A model generated the notes under the pieces. It ran no database searches and was not told the origin of the DNA. It saw only the letters and a list, made by a program, of their open reading frames with translations. From a virus (Duplodnaviria; Caudoviricetes): a DNA stretch of 64,000 nt. Shown in pieces: positions 1 through 9,720 of the stretch. Position 1 is the stretch's first letter; each line of letters starts with the position of its first letter. The position numbers were made by a program, and so were the translations under genes. Location of the stretch: positions 1,697 to 65,696 of IMG/VR virus record IMGVR_UViG_3300035670_000187; one strand, written 5' to 3'.

Positions 1-1913
1 ATGGCTTTGTTTGCGTCAGTTGAATTGATGTCTATGGCTAGACCGCTTTCGTGACGACTTCTCCCTGGGGGTGCTGCTCTAGGCGCACCGTATTTGGCAA
101 ACAATGCTGCTTGTTCTTCAGGAGAACGATATCCCGAATTGATTTGAATTTTTTGACCTGTCTTATTGAAATATTCTTTAGCAAGACCAGCCAATCTTTC
201 TTTCATTTGTGAGTTCAATCCATCTAGATTGATGCTAGAATCTTTTAGTCGAACATATTTTTTCAAATCTTCTGCACTAGCACCCGTTTCTGCTGGTGGT
301 ATGGCTCCAGGCATACTTGAAGACACACGAATAGGTGCTACTGCTGGCGCAGTTGTTGGTGGAGCCATAGATGATGTTGTTCCAGCAGCATTTGGAAAAC
401 TGGTTGCTGCTGGGGCAGGTTCTATTGAGGTTGGTGAAGTTGTTGGAGCAGCCTGAACTTCAGCATCAGCTTTTTTCTCTATGTCATCGGCATATAATTC
501 TTGTTCAGCTTCTGACAATGCTGAAAATTCTTTCCATAATTTGTAAAGATCATAAGCGAGCCACAAACTACCAACAACTGTAACAGCTGCACTAATCCAA
601 CCAACAAATGGTATTACAGCTAATCCTCCAGCTGCAGCTAAACGCACACCAACTTGAGCAAATAATTTGGGCGCACGTTTCTTCAAAAATCCCATAAAGA
701 GATCCCAAGTTTTATTCTTGACTTTTTGAACAGTTTTGGTTTGGGCTATTTTTGTTACAGCTACAGCACCACCAACAGCACCAGCGATACCAGCACCAGT
801 CGCAGCAGCTTGTATTTTCACATCTGTTTTTTGAGCAGTAATTTGTTCTTGAATTTCTTGTTTTTCTTCTGGCGTTTCCGCCATTGATGCTTGCTCTTTT
901 AAGAACTCTGGATCTTCAGAAACAAGATCCGGATCTCTAAAAGAATCCACTGCCATATATGCCAAACCACCGACAGCAGCACCACCCAATAAAGATCCGA
1001 CGCCAAATCTACCTACACCACCACCTCTTCTGCCGACTGGACCTCTACGACGACGTTTTCTCTTGCCATCACCGCCGCCACCAATATCCAATAAGTCACT
1101 AAGTGCATCTGCACTAACAGCTTTCAGAATCAAATTTAGTTTATCATGAACATCAAATGGCTGCTTTTTCTCACCAACTGATTCAAGAATTTTCTTAATA
1201 TCTTCTTGTAAATTTTCTTCTTCAATAAGCTCATCTACAACTTTAGGCGTCTCAGATATGGCACTTAACACTGGAGCAAATGGATCTTTTTCTTGCTGTA
1301 AAACTTTACTCCCGAAATCTGTTCGAACAAATTCACCTGTGGCTGGATCTATTCTTCCACGTGGTTTTTTAGTTGCTGTTTGTTGCTGAGTTTGTTGAGC
1401 GTCACCCCGCGCAGCTTTAGTCTTTGTTTTTTTCTCTTTCTTCACTTTAAATTTTTCAGCAAGTTCTTTTCTTTCTTCTTTGCTTACTCTTTTACCAAAA
1501 ACTAAATCAGCGACTTGCGCTAATTCTTCACTACCCCCGAAAGCTGTTACAATCTTGCCAAAACGAGAACGCATTCCTGTTGTTGCAGCCTCATAATCCT
1601 CTTTGAGTTTATCTGCAGCTTTTAAACTTTGAAAAATACTTTTACCTTGTTCGCGAGCTTGATCAAAGGCTTCCTGTTGCAGTTCGTCTAGATCTCGTAA
1701 ACCTCTAGTAGTTTTCTTTGTAACTTTTATAATTTGTAATAGTTGTTTTTTTTGTTCTTCGCTAAGATTTTGTTGCTCTAGAAGTGCTTTGAGGACGCTT
1801 TCCATGTCCTCCTTTTCATCTGAAATTAAATCTTTAAGAGAAATGCTGCCATCACCTTTAATAAAGGCTTTAGCAAATCTGTCAGCTATAGATTGTTTTT
1901 TGGTTATTTTCAT
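1..1913 (-). CDS. Tape-measure/baseplate-hub (gp29-like) protein with C-terminal M15-family peptidase motif; 3' end outside the window
   Basis: Manual translation: ATG at 1913 (ATGA overlap with the gp51 stop), open to the window edge: MKITKKQSIADRFAKAF..., helical K/E-rich part, hydrophobic GGLAVIPFVGWISAAVTVVGSLWLAY segment, P/T/A linker, then INSGYRSPEEQAALFAKYGAPRAAPPGRSRHESGLAIDIN (SGYRS and SxHxxGxAxD Zn-peptidase motifs). Located downstream of gp26-gp51. Confidence 0.8.
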   Translation of the reverse strand, partial: MKITKKQSIADRFAKAFIKGDGSISLKDLISDEKEDMESVLKALLEQQNLSEEQKKQLLQIIKVTKKTTRGLRDLDELQQEAFDQAREQGKSIFQSLKAADKLKEDYEAATTGMRSRFGKIVTAFGGSEELAQVADLVFGKRVSKEERKELAEKFKVKKEKKTKTKAARGDAQQTQQQTATKKPRGRIDPATGEFVRTDFGSKVLQQEKDPFAPVLSAISETPKVVDELIEEENLQEDIKKILESVGEKKQPFDVHDKLNLILKAVSADALSDLLDIGGGGDGKRKRRRRGPVGRRGGGVGRFGVGSLLGGAAVGGLAYMAVDSFRDPDLVSEDPEFLKEQASMAETPEEKQEIQEQITAQKTDVKIQAAATGAGIAGAVGGAVAVTKIAQTKTVQKVKNKTWDLFMGFLKKRAPKLFAQVGVRLAAAGGLAVIPFVGWISAAVTVVGSLWLAYDLYKLWKEFSALSEAEQELYADDIEKKADAEVQAAPTTSPTSIEPAPAATSFPNAAGTTSSMAPPTTAPAVAPIRVSSSMPGAIPPAETGASAEDLKKYVRLKDSSINLDGLNSQMKERLAGLAKEYFNKTGQKIQINSGYRSPEEQAALFAKYGAPRAAPPGRSRHESGLAIDINSTDANKA

Positions 1914-2125
1914 CTTCTATTTTTTGACCTAACTGTCGATCTATTTTGCATTCTCGTTAATTCAATTCTTTCTTTCTCTTCCTTCAACCAATTCATGAGC
2001 ATAGCCACATATGTTTGCCTCTCCCAAGGCAACATATTTTCAAGCTCACTCAAAGAGTACTTATGGTGCTGAATCAAACCAAAGTTGCAGTTAAAATAAT
2101 TCTTCAAATTGTCATAACCAAACAT
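1910..2125 (-). CDS. gp51: Baseplate hub assembly catalyst, gp51-like
   Basis: NF.LIQHHKYSLSELENMLPWER motif typical of T4-like gp51; directly follows gp26. Confidence 0.85.
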   Translation of the reverse strand: MFGYDNLKNYFNCNFGLIQHHKYSLSELENMLPWERQTYVAMLMNWLKEEKERIELTRMQNRSTVRSKNRR

Positions 2126-2847
2126 TAACCGAAAAAATCGTCGATTCCTTGCACTCTAATAGTATGTAGATATCCACATTTATTACAAGTTACTTCTTTT
2201 TTCGATTCTATGTATGGTAGTGTGTTGAAGAATTCTTTAAAAGCACCAACTTGATCTAAACTCAAGGAGCCTACGAATTCTTCTAGTTCTTCTCGAGTTA
2301 TAGAATCAGCATCATACTTTGAATTCTCATCAAAAATATAATCTAAGTGCTCTACAATCAATTCCATTATATCTTCTAAATTCGTTTCGTTTATAGCAAT
2401 AGAAGTCGATGTGCTTAATGAAGGATACTTCAAACATACTCCAACTTTATCAGTCACCATAATTTTATTTGTATGACCTTTCGGTTCAATAAACTGAACT
2501 TCATTTAGATCCACTTCAAACGCCATGTTTGCATCACATGGTTCATTTTCTACAACATTATTGCACTTGTAAATGAGTTCTAGATTTTCCCCCACCGACT
2601 TCAAGCGAAGATGAACAAAAATCATTTCTATGTCGAAGATAGGTAAATTGGCTACATCAAGTTCTTCTAGGCAACAATTATTGACGATTTGTTTTACTGT
2701 ATCAAAAACTGTTGGTAGGTCGCTTGCTTCTTTAGCCATTAATAACAGCTTTTCTTCTTTTACCAGAAAAGGTCTAAACTTCACTTTCCTATTCAACGAC
2801 TTCAAGTGTACATCGAATATAGGATATTCAATTTTAGGTAATGCCAT
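2125..2847 (-). CDS. gp26: Baseplate hub subunit gp26
   Basis: MALPKI...KFRPFLVKEEKLLLMA, LRLKSVGE, two Cys pairs, C-terminal G.DDFF. Confidence 0.9.
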   Translation of the reverse strand: MALPKIEYPIFDVHLKSLNRKVKFRPFLVKEEKLLLMAKEASDLPTVFDTVKQIVNNCCLEELDVANLPIFDIEMIFVHLRLKSVGENLELIYKCNNVVENEPCDANMAFEVDLNEVQFIEPKGHTNKIMVTDKVGVCLKYPSLSTSTSIAINETNLEDIMELIVEHLDYIFDENSKYDADSITREELEEFVGSLSLDQVGAFKEFFNTLPYIESKKEVTCNKCGYLHTIRVQGIDDFFG

Positions 2848-2859
2848 ATTTTCGCTCCA

Positions 2860-3714
2860 TTATGAGAATAATCTCTTCAATAAATCATTTCCTCTACGAT
2901 TAATTTCTTTATTAATTGCAGTTTTAAACGGATTTCTTTCAGCTTCATCAGCGTTAGGTTTAACACTATTTTGTAAATCGTTTACATTGAGCCATTTATC
3001 AAATCTAAATCCAACTTGTAATCTGTGGATTTCATCAGAAGCCCAGCTAAGTTGTAGAGGATTTACTGTTGTTGGGAATGCATTTAAAAGCTGTACGCCA
3101 TAAATTTTTGTTCCATCAAGATCTGTTATGGAAAATGGTGTTTGTTCGCCAAACAATGCGTCTATTCCCTTACCTGCTAATCCTTTGAGTAAGTCTCCTT
3201 TGAGACCATTTCCGAATTTACGACTTATAACACTGTCTGCTTTATATCGTGCAGCTTCACCTAAACCATCAACAATTGCATCCCCCAAAGTAGTTCTACC
3301 TCTAGAAACTCTTTGATCTAATGCAGCACCTTCGCTGTATTGAAAAATTGTAATGTTAGTTTGATAGTTTTGCTTGTACTGGACCAAGTATGAATTTTTA
3401 GGAATGATGTAATCAATCCAGCTGTCAAATAGTTTCTTTTCCCAAAAATCTCCAGAACAAATGAAAGTCATTTGAATTTCGCTGAATGATGGAGTTGCTG
3501 CCACATAAGTTGGCGCACCATAGATTTTAGATTCAGATGTGTTTACTGCATATCCTGGAAGTTCAGCAGCTTCGCATTGTAACGCCAATTCTTCAGTACT
3601 ACCTAATCCAGTAACTGCTGGTGGTAGGGCGATTCGAACCTCGAACTTTGAAGACTTAGCGTATCCGCCATGCTTGTCGAAATTCGTTATAAATTTGTTT
3701 ACATTAAATGCCAT
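2860..3714 (-). CDS. Tail tube-like / baseplate tail-tube initiator (gp54/gp19 fold)
   Basis: CEAAELPG, F..W.D.I, LLNAFPTTVNPLQLSW...L.V.F.F tube-fold motifs; position between gp2 and gp26. Confidence 0.75.
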   Translation of the reverse strand: MAFNVNKFITNFDKHGGYAKSSKFEVRIALPPAVTGLGSTEELALQCEAAELPGYAVNTSESKIYGAPTYVAATPSFSEIQMTFICSGDFWEKKLFDSWIDYIIPKNSYLVQYKQNYQTNITIFQYSEGAALDQRVSRGRTTLGDAIVDGLGEAARYKADSVISRKFGNGLKGDLLKGLAGKGIDALFGEQTPFSITDLDGTKIYGVQLLNAFPTTVNPLQLSWASDEIHRLQVGFRFDKWLNVNDLQNSVKPNADEAERNPFKTAINKEINRRGNDLLKRLFS

Positions 3715-4262
3715 TAGGTTTTATATACCATCTTTTGTACTGGAAGAAACACTGCTGTCTCCCAGTTATCAGGCTCGATGTAAATCAAAGAAGACATTAT
3801 ATGTTGAAAAAGATAGCGTTTGATGCATGGTTCAATTATGCTATATCTTCGAGAAGCTGATAACAGAGAATATGATAATTTAAATCTAGTTGTATCATCA
3901 TATTTATCGTTGTTTATGAAATCGTGGAGTCGATCTAGCAATACTAAACGACTCCCTGGGTCTAAATAATGTAAATTTAAACCTAAAAAACCATCAGAAT
4001 AAGTTTCCATAGGGATTACTAGTGGAAATTTATCCCATACTGGGAGAACGTCTTTAAATTTCGCGTCATAAGCAAAAAAATACATTTTACCGATAAATGC
4101 TTTGGAAGTAACTCTTCTTGCATCATTAAGAATGTTACCGCGATTGCTGGGAATACGAATTCGAGAAATTTTATCCCCCAACCATGCTCTTGCAGCTGAA
4201 GTGCGCGGATTAATTCCTGCGGCATTCATTTCTCGGCTAAGTTTATCGAATAGTGACGCCAT
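3714..4262 (-). CDS. gp2: DNA end protector protein gp2
   Basis: GKMYFFAYDAKFKDVLPVWDKFPLV, GFLGLNLHYL, PCIKRYL. Confidence 0.92.
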   Translation of the reverse strand: MASLFDKLSREMNAAGINPRTSAARAWLGDKISRIRIPSNRGNILNDARRVTSKAFIGKMYFFAYDAKFKDVLPVWDKFPLVIPMETYSDGFLGLNLHYLDPGSRLVLLDRLHDFINNDKYDDTTRFKLSYSLLSASRRYSIIEPCIKRYLFQHIMSSLIYIEPDNWETAVFLPVQKMVYKT

Positions 4263-4696
4263 TAGATTCCTAATTCTTTTTCAGTTACAACTATAAATTT
4301 CCAATTGCGATCTTTACAATATTCGTCAGCTGCTTTCCATTTAGCCTGATTTACTCCGTAAGTCATAACTTCAGTGATATATCTTTGTGTTACTCGTTTT
4401 TGTGTTTTCGGAGCAGTTGCTTGACTACTTGGCTTTACTTCTATAATAATTGTTTCTATTAATCCTTGTTTATTTCTAGATTTCACCAGAAAATCGGGAA
4501 AATACCGATGCCAACGATTATCAACAGGTGATAAATAAGGTATAATAATTTCTTCACTAGACCAGCCAACAACATTTGGATTATCGTCCAGATGAGTCAT
4601 AACTCGACGCTCCCAGAGCGAACGCCAAAAGATATTCGTTGGATCGCCTAAATATTTATTAGGGTTTTTGGGATTAAATTTACCACTGTAAGCCAT
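4262..4696 (-). CDS. gp4: Head completion nuclease gp4 (TnsA-like PD-(D/E)xK)
   Basis: MAYSGKFNPKNPNKYLGDPTNIFWRSLWER, WSSEE, HRYFPDF, IEVKP, NQAKW. True start is the ATG at 4696; the track's extension to 4906 overlaps gp48. Confidence 0.92.
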   Translation of the reverse strand: MAYSGKFNPKNPNKYLGDPTNIFWRSLWERRVMTHLDDNPNVVGWSSEEIIIPYLSPVDNRWHRYFPDFLVKSRNKQGLIETIIIEVKPSSQATAPKTQKRVTQRYITEVMTYGVNQAKWKAADEYCKDRNWKFIVVTEKELGI

Positions 4697-4700
4697 CAAG

Positions 4701-4708
4701 TATTTATA
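4701..4708 (-). promoter_or_regulatory. T4-type late promoter TATAAATA
   Basis: tatttata on + strand = TATAAATA on -, 4 nt upstream of the gp4 ATG. Confidence 0.75.
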
Positions 4709-4718
4709 GGAACTGTAA

Positions 4719-6017
4719 ATGAGTATAACAGGCGGATTGGGCATAGAAGCAGCAAACGAAGTTAGAAGACAGCAAGGTCGTAGAGATCTTGGTAAATCTG
4801 TAACTGTTGCTTCTGTAGCCAAAGAAACTAATTCTAAAGAAGCTAAAGGTCCGCAAAAGAAACTTGAAGAAAATGAATATGCATCTAAGGATCTTCGATA
4901 TCCCATAGATCTTGGAACTAATAGTTTCGAACGACTTCACCATATCACATTTTACATTAATGTTCAAAACAAATCAGGGTATACTGTAACAGAAGAAACA
5001 AATGCAGTAAATATGACTGAAGATGAGCTGCGCCTCTTTTTACAGGGCGGTGGTGGCGAAACAGGTCAAGCCAATGCTAATCGATTTAGCGATAAAGGTG
5101 GGCAAGAGCAACTTTCCAGCGGAACTAGTGTGAATGGCACAACGATAGCAGTTGGTGGCATTTTTGGTGGTTTAGGTGGAGCCAGTATAGGCGCTAGAAT
5201 TGGTGCAGCTGCAGGTGGAATTACAGGAGCATTAGCTGGAATCGGTTTGGGTGCAACTGTAGGAGCAGGAGTAGGCACTGCTATAGTTTCTGCCATTAAT
5301 TTGTCCAGAAAAACTAAAAGAATAAAATCTTCTATTTCCCTCTATATGCCAGACACTGTTAATCAGCAAATTATTCATGAATTTGGTGAAATTAGTATGA
5401 CTGAAGCATTGGGCATGGTAGGTTTGGCTGGTCAAGGTTTAGGCGCAGTTGGTAGTTCCATAGGTGAAGCATTTAACAGAATATCGCAAGGGCAATCATT
5501 GAAGGGAGCAGGCACTCCTGGCGGTGCTGCACTTTCTGAAGCTGCTGGTCTTGCGGCGGAAGCATCAGGTGTTTTTGGCGCAGGGATTAAAGATGCGCTT
5601 CTATTTTCTGCTGGCGTTGCACTAAATCCACAAATTGAAGTGCTTTATCAAAAAACTGGACATCGAGAATTTCTTTTCGACTTCAAGATGGTTCCTCGTA
5701 ATGAAGCTGAAGCAGCAGCTATTCGAGACATTATTAAAGAATTTAAATTTTATTCCGCTCCTGAATTATTATCAAATAGTTCTGGTCGTTACTTTGTGCC
5801 CCCTGCCGAGTTTGATATCAAGTTTTTTTATAATGGTCAAGAAAATAGAAATATCCACAGAATTTCAACTTGCGCGTTAGTGGGTATTGATATAGACTAT
5901 GCTGGAGCAGGGCAATGGACTACGTTTATAGATGGTATGCCAGTTGAAATTAAAATGCAATTAAGATTTAAAGAGCTTGAAATTATGCACAAAGGGCGTA
6001 TTGAAGAGGGTTACTAA
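4719..6017 (+). CDS. gp48: Baseplate tail-tube cap gp48
   Basis: LRYP, ISLYMP, NPQIEVLY...REFLFDFKMVPRNEAEA, P.EFDIKF, MPVEIKMQLRFKELE. Confidence 0.88.
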   Translation: MSITGGLGIEAANEVRRQQGRRDLGKSVTVASVAKETNSKEAKGPQKKLEENEYASKDLRYPIDLGTNSFERLHHITFYINVQNKSGYTVTEETNAVNMTEDELRLFLQGGGGETGQANANRFSDKGGQEQLSSGTSVNGTTIAVGGIFGGLGGASIGARIGAAAGGITGALAGIGLGATVGAGVGTAIVSAINLSRKTKRIKSSISLYMPDTVNQQIIHEFGEISMTEALGMVGLAGQGLGAVGSSIGEAFNRISQGQSLKGAGTPGGAALSEAAGLAAEASGVFGAGIKDALLFSAGVALNPQIEVLYQKTGHREFLFDFKMVPRNEAEAAAIRDIIKEFKFYSAPELLSNSSGRYFVPPAEFDIKFFYNGQENRNIHRISTCALVGIDIDYAGAGQWTTFIDGMPVEIKMQLRFKELEIMHKGRIEEGY

Positions 6018-6697
6018 TGGCAGGCTATTTCAAGTTTTTCCCAAAAAGATTATATACATTTGATAAAAACACTGTCAATCAACAACGTGTTACTGATATT
6101 CTTGCGCGCTCAACTTTCTTAAAAGAAGTTTCTGAAAACTCGTCAATATATTTTAAGTACAGCGTAAAAGAAAGCGACACACCAGAAATTATAGCTCATA
6201 AAATTTACGGAGATCCATTTAGAGCATGGATAGTGTTATTGTTTAATAACATTATTGATCCAAAATACGACTTCCCCATGAAAGAAGAAGTGTTAAATGC
6301 ATATATTGAAGCCAAGTATTCACAAACTGTAACTCAAGCTAAAAATACGATTCACCATTACGATCTAAATGTAAAGAAACAAGTTATTTCAAATAACACT
6401 GTTTTTTCTGAAGTTGAAGAAAATTATTCTGTTACCGCAAAAGATTATAATTTTGCAACAGGCGTTTTACAAAGTAGAGTCGTTCCAACAACAGCAGATA
6501 CTTCAACAACACCGGAAGTTGAAAATGTTGCGCTTACTAATGGAAGAACATTAGTAATTACGAGTAAAGTGACAGCTGTTTCTAACTATACTTATGAATT
6601 TGAAGAAAATGAAAAGAAGAGAGAAATTCGTTTACTTGATCCAAATTATATTCCTAACGTTGAAACTGAATTTAAAAAATTGATGCAAAATGTCTGA
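6017..6697 (+). CDS. gp53: Baseplate wedge subunit gp53
   Basis: YFKFFP, YSVKESDTPEIIAHKIYGD...WIVLLFNNIIDP, YEFEENEKKREIRLL. Confidence 0.9.
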   Translation: MAGYFKFFPKRLYTFDKNTVNQQRVTDILARSTFLKEVSENSSIYFKYSVKESDTPEIIAHKIYGDPFRAWIVLLFNNIIDPKYDFPMKEEVLNAYIEAKYSQTVTQAKNTIHHYDLNVKKQVISNNTVFSEVEENYSVTAKDYNFATGVLQSRVVPTTADTSTTPEVENVALTNGRTLVITSKVTAVSNYTYEFEENEKKREIRLLDPNYIPNVETEFKKLMQNV

Positions 6698-7994
6698 TTT
6701 AGGTGTTGTTAATTCCAAAGATTATGATATTAAGGTACTTGACCTAATCAATTCGGGAGGTCAAACTGTAGATTTGCGCAAAATTTTTATAGAAATGCAA
6801 GTGTATCAAGACATATACGCATCAGTTATGAGTGGGAATATCATGATTAACGATGGTCATGATGTATTCAGCAATTTTTACTTATGCGGTAATGAGTATC
6901 TACAAATTACTATTGATAAACCGACTCTCGATAAACCTTTAGAAAAAATCTTTAGAATTTATAAAACAACTAGTAGAGCTCCTTCCTCCGACAGCGGACA
7001 AGTTTTTATACTTCATTTTTGTTCAGAAGAAATGATTCATTCTGCATCTAAATTAGTCAGCAAAGGATATAAATCTCAAAAAACATCTGATATTATTCAG
7101 GATATAATTTTTAAAGAATTGAATGTTGATAACAGTAAAATCGGAATAATTGAGCCGACGTCTGGTGTTTATGATTTAATTGTTCCAGGATACCGACCCA
7201 TAGAAGCTATTCAATGGATTAGTTCAAGATCTTATGATGCAAGTAACAAATATTGTTACTTTTTCTATGAAAATCGCGATGGATATAACTTTAGATCATA
7301 TAACTCTTTAATCAAACAAGCTCCATATAAAACGTTAAAATATGAGATTAAAACAGTTGATCAAGATCCAGCTGTTAATAAAGATTCAATCGATAAATTT
7401 ACAATTTTAAACGACTTTGATATTATTAATTCGTTAACGAATGGCTCTTTTGCTTCTCGATTACTTACCATCGATTTATTCGATCAATCGTTTGAAACTA
7501 GAAATTTTTCACTTTTAGAAATAGAAGGAGCTAAAAATCTTTTAAACGATTACAAACCAATAAACGATTTAAAAAACTCAGACAATCGTTCTTTAATTCA
7601 GTCATATGATTCTTACTTTTTAACATACGTCAAACAAACAGATAATTCATCTAATCGAGAAAACGAATTGACCAAGTGGTTGATGCAAAGAACGCTTCAA
7701 ATGGCATTAATGCACAATTTTAAAATTAAAATTACAATCCCAGGAGACATATTTTTAAAAGCTGGAGATGTTGTAGAATACGAATTTCCAAAATTTGAAG
7801 CAGGGTCTAAAGAAGGAAAAACATTAGATGATTACAGAACAGGAAAATATCTAGTGAGTTCTATTAATCATAAATTTACAAACGGCGATCAATCTAACTT
7901 TGAAAGTGTGGTAGAACTTGTATCCGACTCAGTTTCTAAACAAATCCCTGGTGCAAAACAGGGATTGAATAAAGTTGTGAAGAAGGTGCAATAA
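6690..7994 (+). CDS. Baseplate hub / tail protein (gp27/VgrG N-terminal-like)
   Basis: YQDIY...MSGNIMIND, YFFYENRDGYNFRS, IPGD..LKAGDVV, TGKYLVSSINHKF; between gp53 and gp5. Confidence 0.7.
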   Translation: MSDLGVVNSKDYDIKVLDLINSGGQTVDLRKIFIEMQVYQDIYASVMSGNIMINDGHDVFSNFYLCGNEYLQITIDKPTLDKPLEKIFRIYKTTSRAPSSDSGQVFILHFCSEEMIHSASKLVSKGYKSQKTSDIIQDIIFKELNVDNSKIGIIEPTSGVYDLIVPGYRPIEAIQWISSRSYDASNKYCYFFYENRDGYNFRSYNSLIKQAPYKTLKYEIKTVDQDPAVNKDSIDKFTILNDFDIINSLTNGSFASRLLTIDLFDQSFETRNFSLLEIEGAKNLLNDYKPINDLKNSDNRSLIQSYDSYFLTYVKQTDNSSNRENELTKWLMQRTLQMALMHNFKIKITIPGDIFLKAGDVVEYEFPKFEAGSKEGKTLDDYRTGKYLVSSINHKFTNGDQSNFESVVELVSDSVSKQIPGAKQGLNKVVKKVQ

Positions 7995-9718
7995 TGCCAG
8001 GTGCACAAAAGAATTTTATTGGCAGAGAAGGTTTTGTTTGGTGGATTGGCGTTGTTGAAGATCGCCAAGATCCAGAACAGCTTGGTCGTGTTCGAGTTCG
8101 TTGTTTTGGTTGGCACACAGAAAATAAAGAATTGATTCCTACTAATTTATTGCCTTGGGCGCACACAGTGCTTCCTGTAAATCATCCTGGCGCCTATACA
8201 CCAAAAGAAGGTGATATGGTGATGGGATTTTTTATGGACGGTATGTCTGGGCAAAATCCTGTGGTGATGGGCGTTATTCCTGGAAAACCTAGCAAGAAAC
8301 CAAAATATGATCAAGGTTTTTCTGACCCTAGAACCTCTTTTGATAACGCGCCGAAAAAACCTAGTGACTCTGCTGAAGCCTATCCTAAATCAAAATATGT
8401 CAAAGAATCTACACTTAATAGACTAGCAAGAGGAAAATCTCAGTCTACAGTTATAGAAACAAGAAAGAAAAATAGAAAATCTTCTATAAAATCAGCAGGT
8501 GGTGTTACTTGGGCAGAACCAAATTCTTCATTCGCTCCAATATATCCCTATAATAATGCAATTGAAACGGAGTCAGGGCATGCGTTTGAACTTGACGATA
8601 CACCCAACAATGAACGCATTCAATTAGCTCATAGAAATGGTTCATACATCGAAATTGACAAAGATGGTAATCGTTTAGAAAGAATTCAGAAAGACCATTA
8701 CTCTGTCACGATGGGTTCTGATCATGTTTATATTAGCGGAAAATGTTCAGTAACTATTGATGGCGATTACAATATTCGCGTTGGCGGAAATATGAATGTT
8801 GAAGTAGCAGGGCAAATTAACATGTCCGCTGCTAAAGATATTCGTATCAAAGGTAAAGACAATTACGTTGAATCAACAGGCAAAACAAATATTAAATCCA
8901 CTGGAGAAGCTAATTTTGCCTCTGGTGGGAAACTTAGTTTACGCGGTGCTACTGCTGCACTCCAAGGTTCAACAGTAGACATTCCTGCCGCTCAAATTAA
9001 CATGCAATCAGGTTCAGCTACAATGGCTGCTGGAACAGGATTAACGGGTGGAAGTAGTGCTACAGTCGCAAGTGAAGCTGCAGCTGCTGCTAATGCTGCT
9101 GCCAACACAGCTTCCACTGGCGGAACAGGTGTTGCAGGTGCAATAGATGGCGTTCTCTCGGGAGTTACTTCTGCAGTCACCGCTGTCACTGGAGCAGTCA
9201 CTGGAGCAGTCAGTGCAGTAACTGGTGCTGTAGCAGGTGCTGTTGGTGCAGTTACAGATGCCGTCGGTAAGACTATTGATGGTATAACTGCAAGCGTGTC
9301 GGGTGCTACACAACAATTAAAGGGTGAACTAGATGGAGCTATTAAATCACTAGATTCTAATTCTCCATTAGGTCAAATACAAGCTAAAGTTACTGAACTT
9401 GAAACATCTATCAATAACAAGCGTGGCGACATTTTAGGTTTGGCTGGAACAGAAAAACAAAATGTCCTTGGTAAGATTGATCAAGTTATTGAAAAATCTG
9501 CAGCTAAGAATATTACCTTTGACATTGATCAAGACATCAAAACTGAAATTGACAAATCTAAAAACAAACTACAAGAAGTGACAGTAACAGGTAAGAGAGT
9601 TTATCCTAAGACCGAAACTGTCACCAAAACTACCACTAGTGAATTGATTACTGCTGATCAAACCAATGCACTGTTAGCGATCGCTGCAGCAAATCGACGA
9701 TCATCTAATACTGGTTAA
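7994..9718 (+). CDS. gp5: Baseplate central spike gp5 (OB fold + beta-helix, no lysozyme domain, A/G/T/V-rich C-terminal extension)
   Basis: WWIGVVEDRQDPEQLGRVRVRCFGWH, LPWA, V.GFF.DG...Q.P, YPYN...TESGH.FE.DDTP..ERI. Confidence 0.92.
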   Translation: MPGAQKNFIGREGFVWWIGVVEDRQDPEQLGRVRVRCFGWHTENKELIPTNLLPWAHTVLPVNHPGAYTPKEGDMVMGFFMDGMSGQNPVVMGVIPGKPSKKPKYDQGFSDPRTSFDNAPKKPSDSAEAYPKSKYVKESTLNRLARGKSQSTVIETRKKNRKSSIKSAGGVTWAEPNSSFAPIYPYNNAIETESGHAFELDDTPNNERIQLAHRNGSYIEIDKDGNRLERIQKDHYSVTMGSDHVYISGKCSVTIDGDYNIRVGGNMNVEVAGQINMSAAKDIRIKGKDNYVESTGKTNIKSTGEANFASGGKLSLRGATAALQGSTVDIPAAQINMQSGSATMAAGTGLTGGSSATVASEAAAAANAAANTASTGGTGVAGAIDGVLSGVTSAVTAVTGAVTGAVSAVTGAVAGAVGAVTDAVGKTIDGITASVSGATQQLKGELDGAIKSLDSNSPLGQIQAKVTELETSINNKRGDILGLAGTEKQNVLGKIDQVIEKSAAKNITFDIDQDIKTEIDKSKNKLQEVTVTGKRVYPKTETVTKTTTSELITADQTNALLAIAAANRRSSNTG

Positions 9719-9720
9719 AA

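Noticed and set aside
166-583. Plus-strand ORFs 166-456 and 371-583
   Set aside because: Antisense shadows of the long minus-strand tape-measure-like gene
4697-4906. 70-aa N-terminal extension of gp4 in the ORF track
   Set aside because: Overlaps gp48 on the opposite strand; the recognisable gp4 start and late promoter are at 4696-4708
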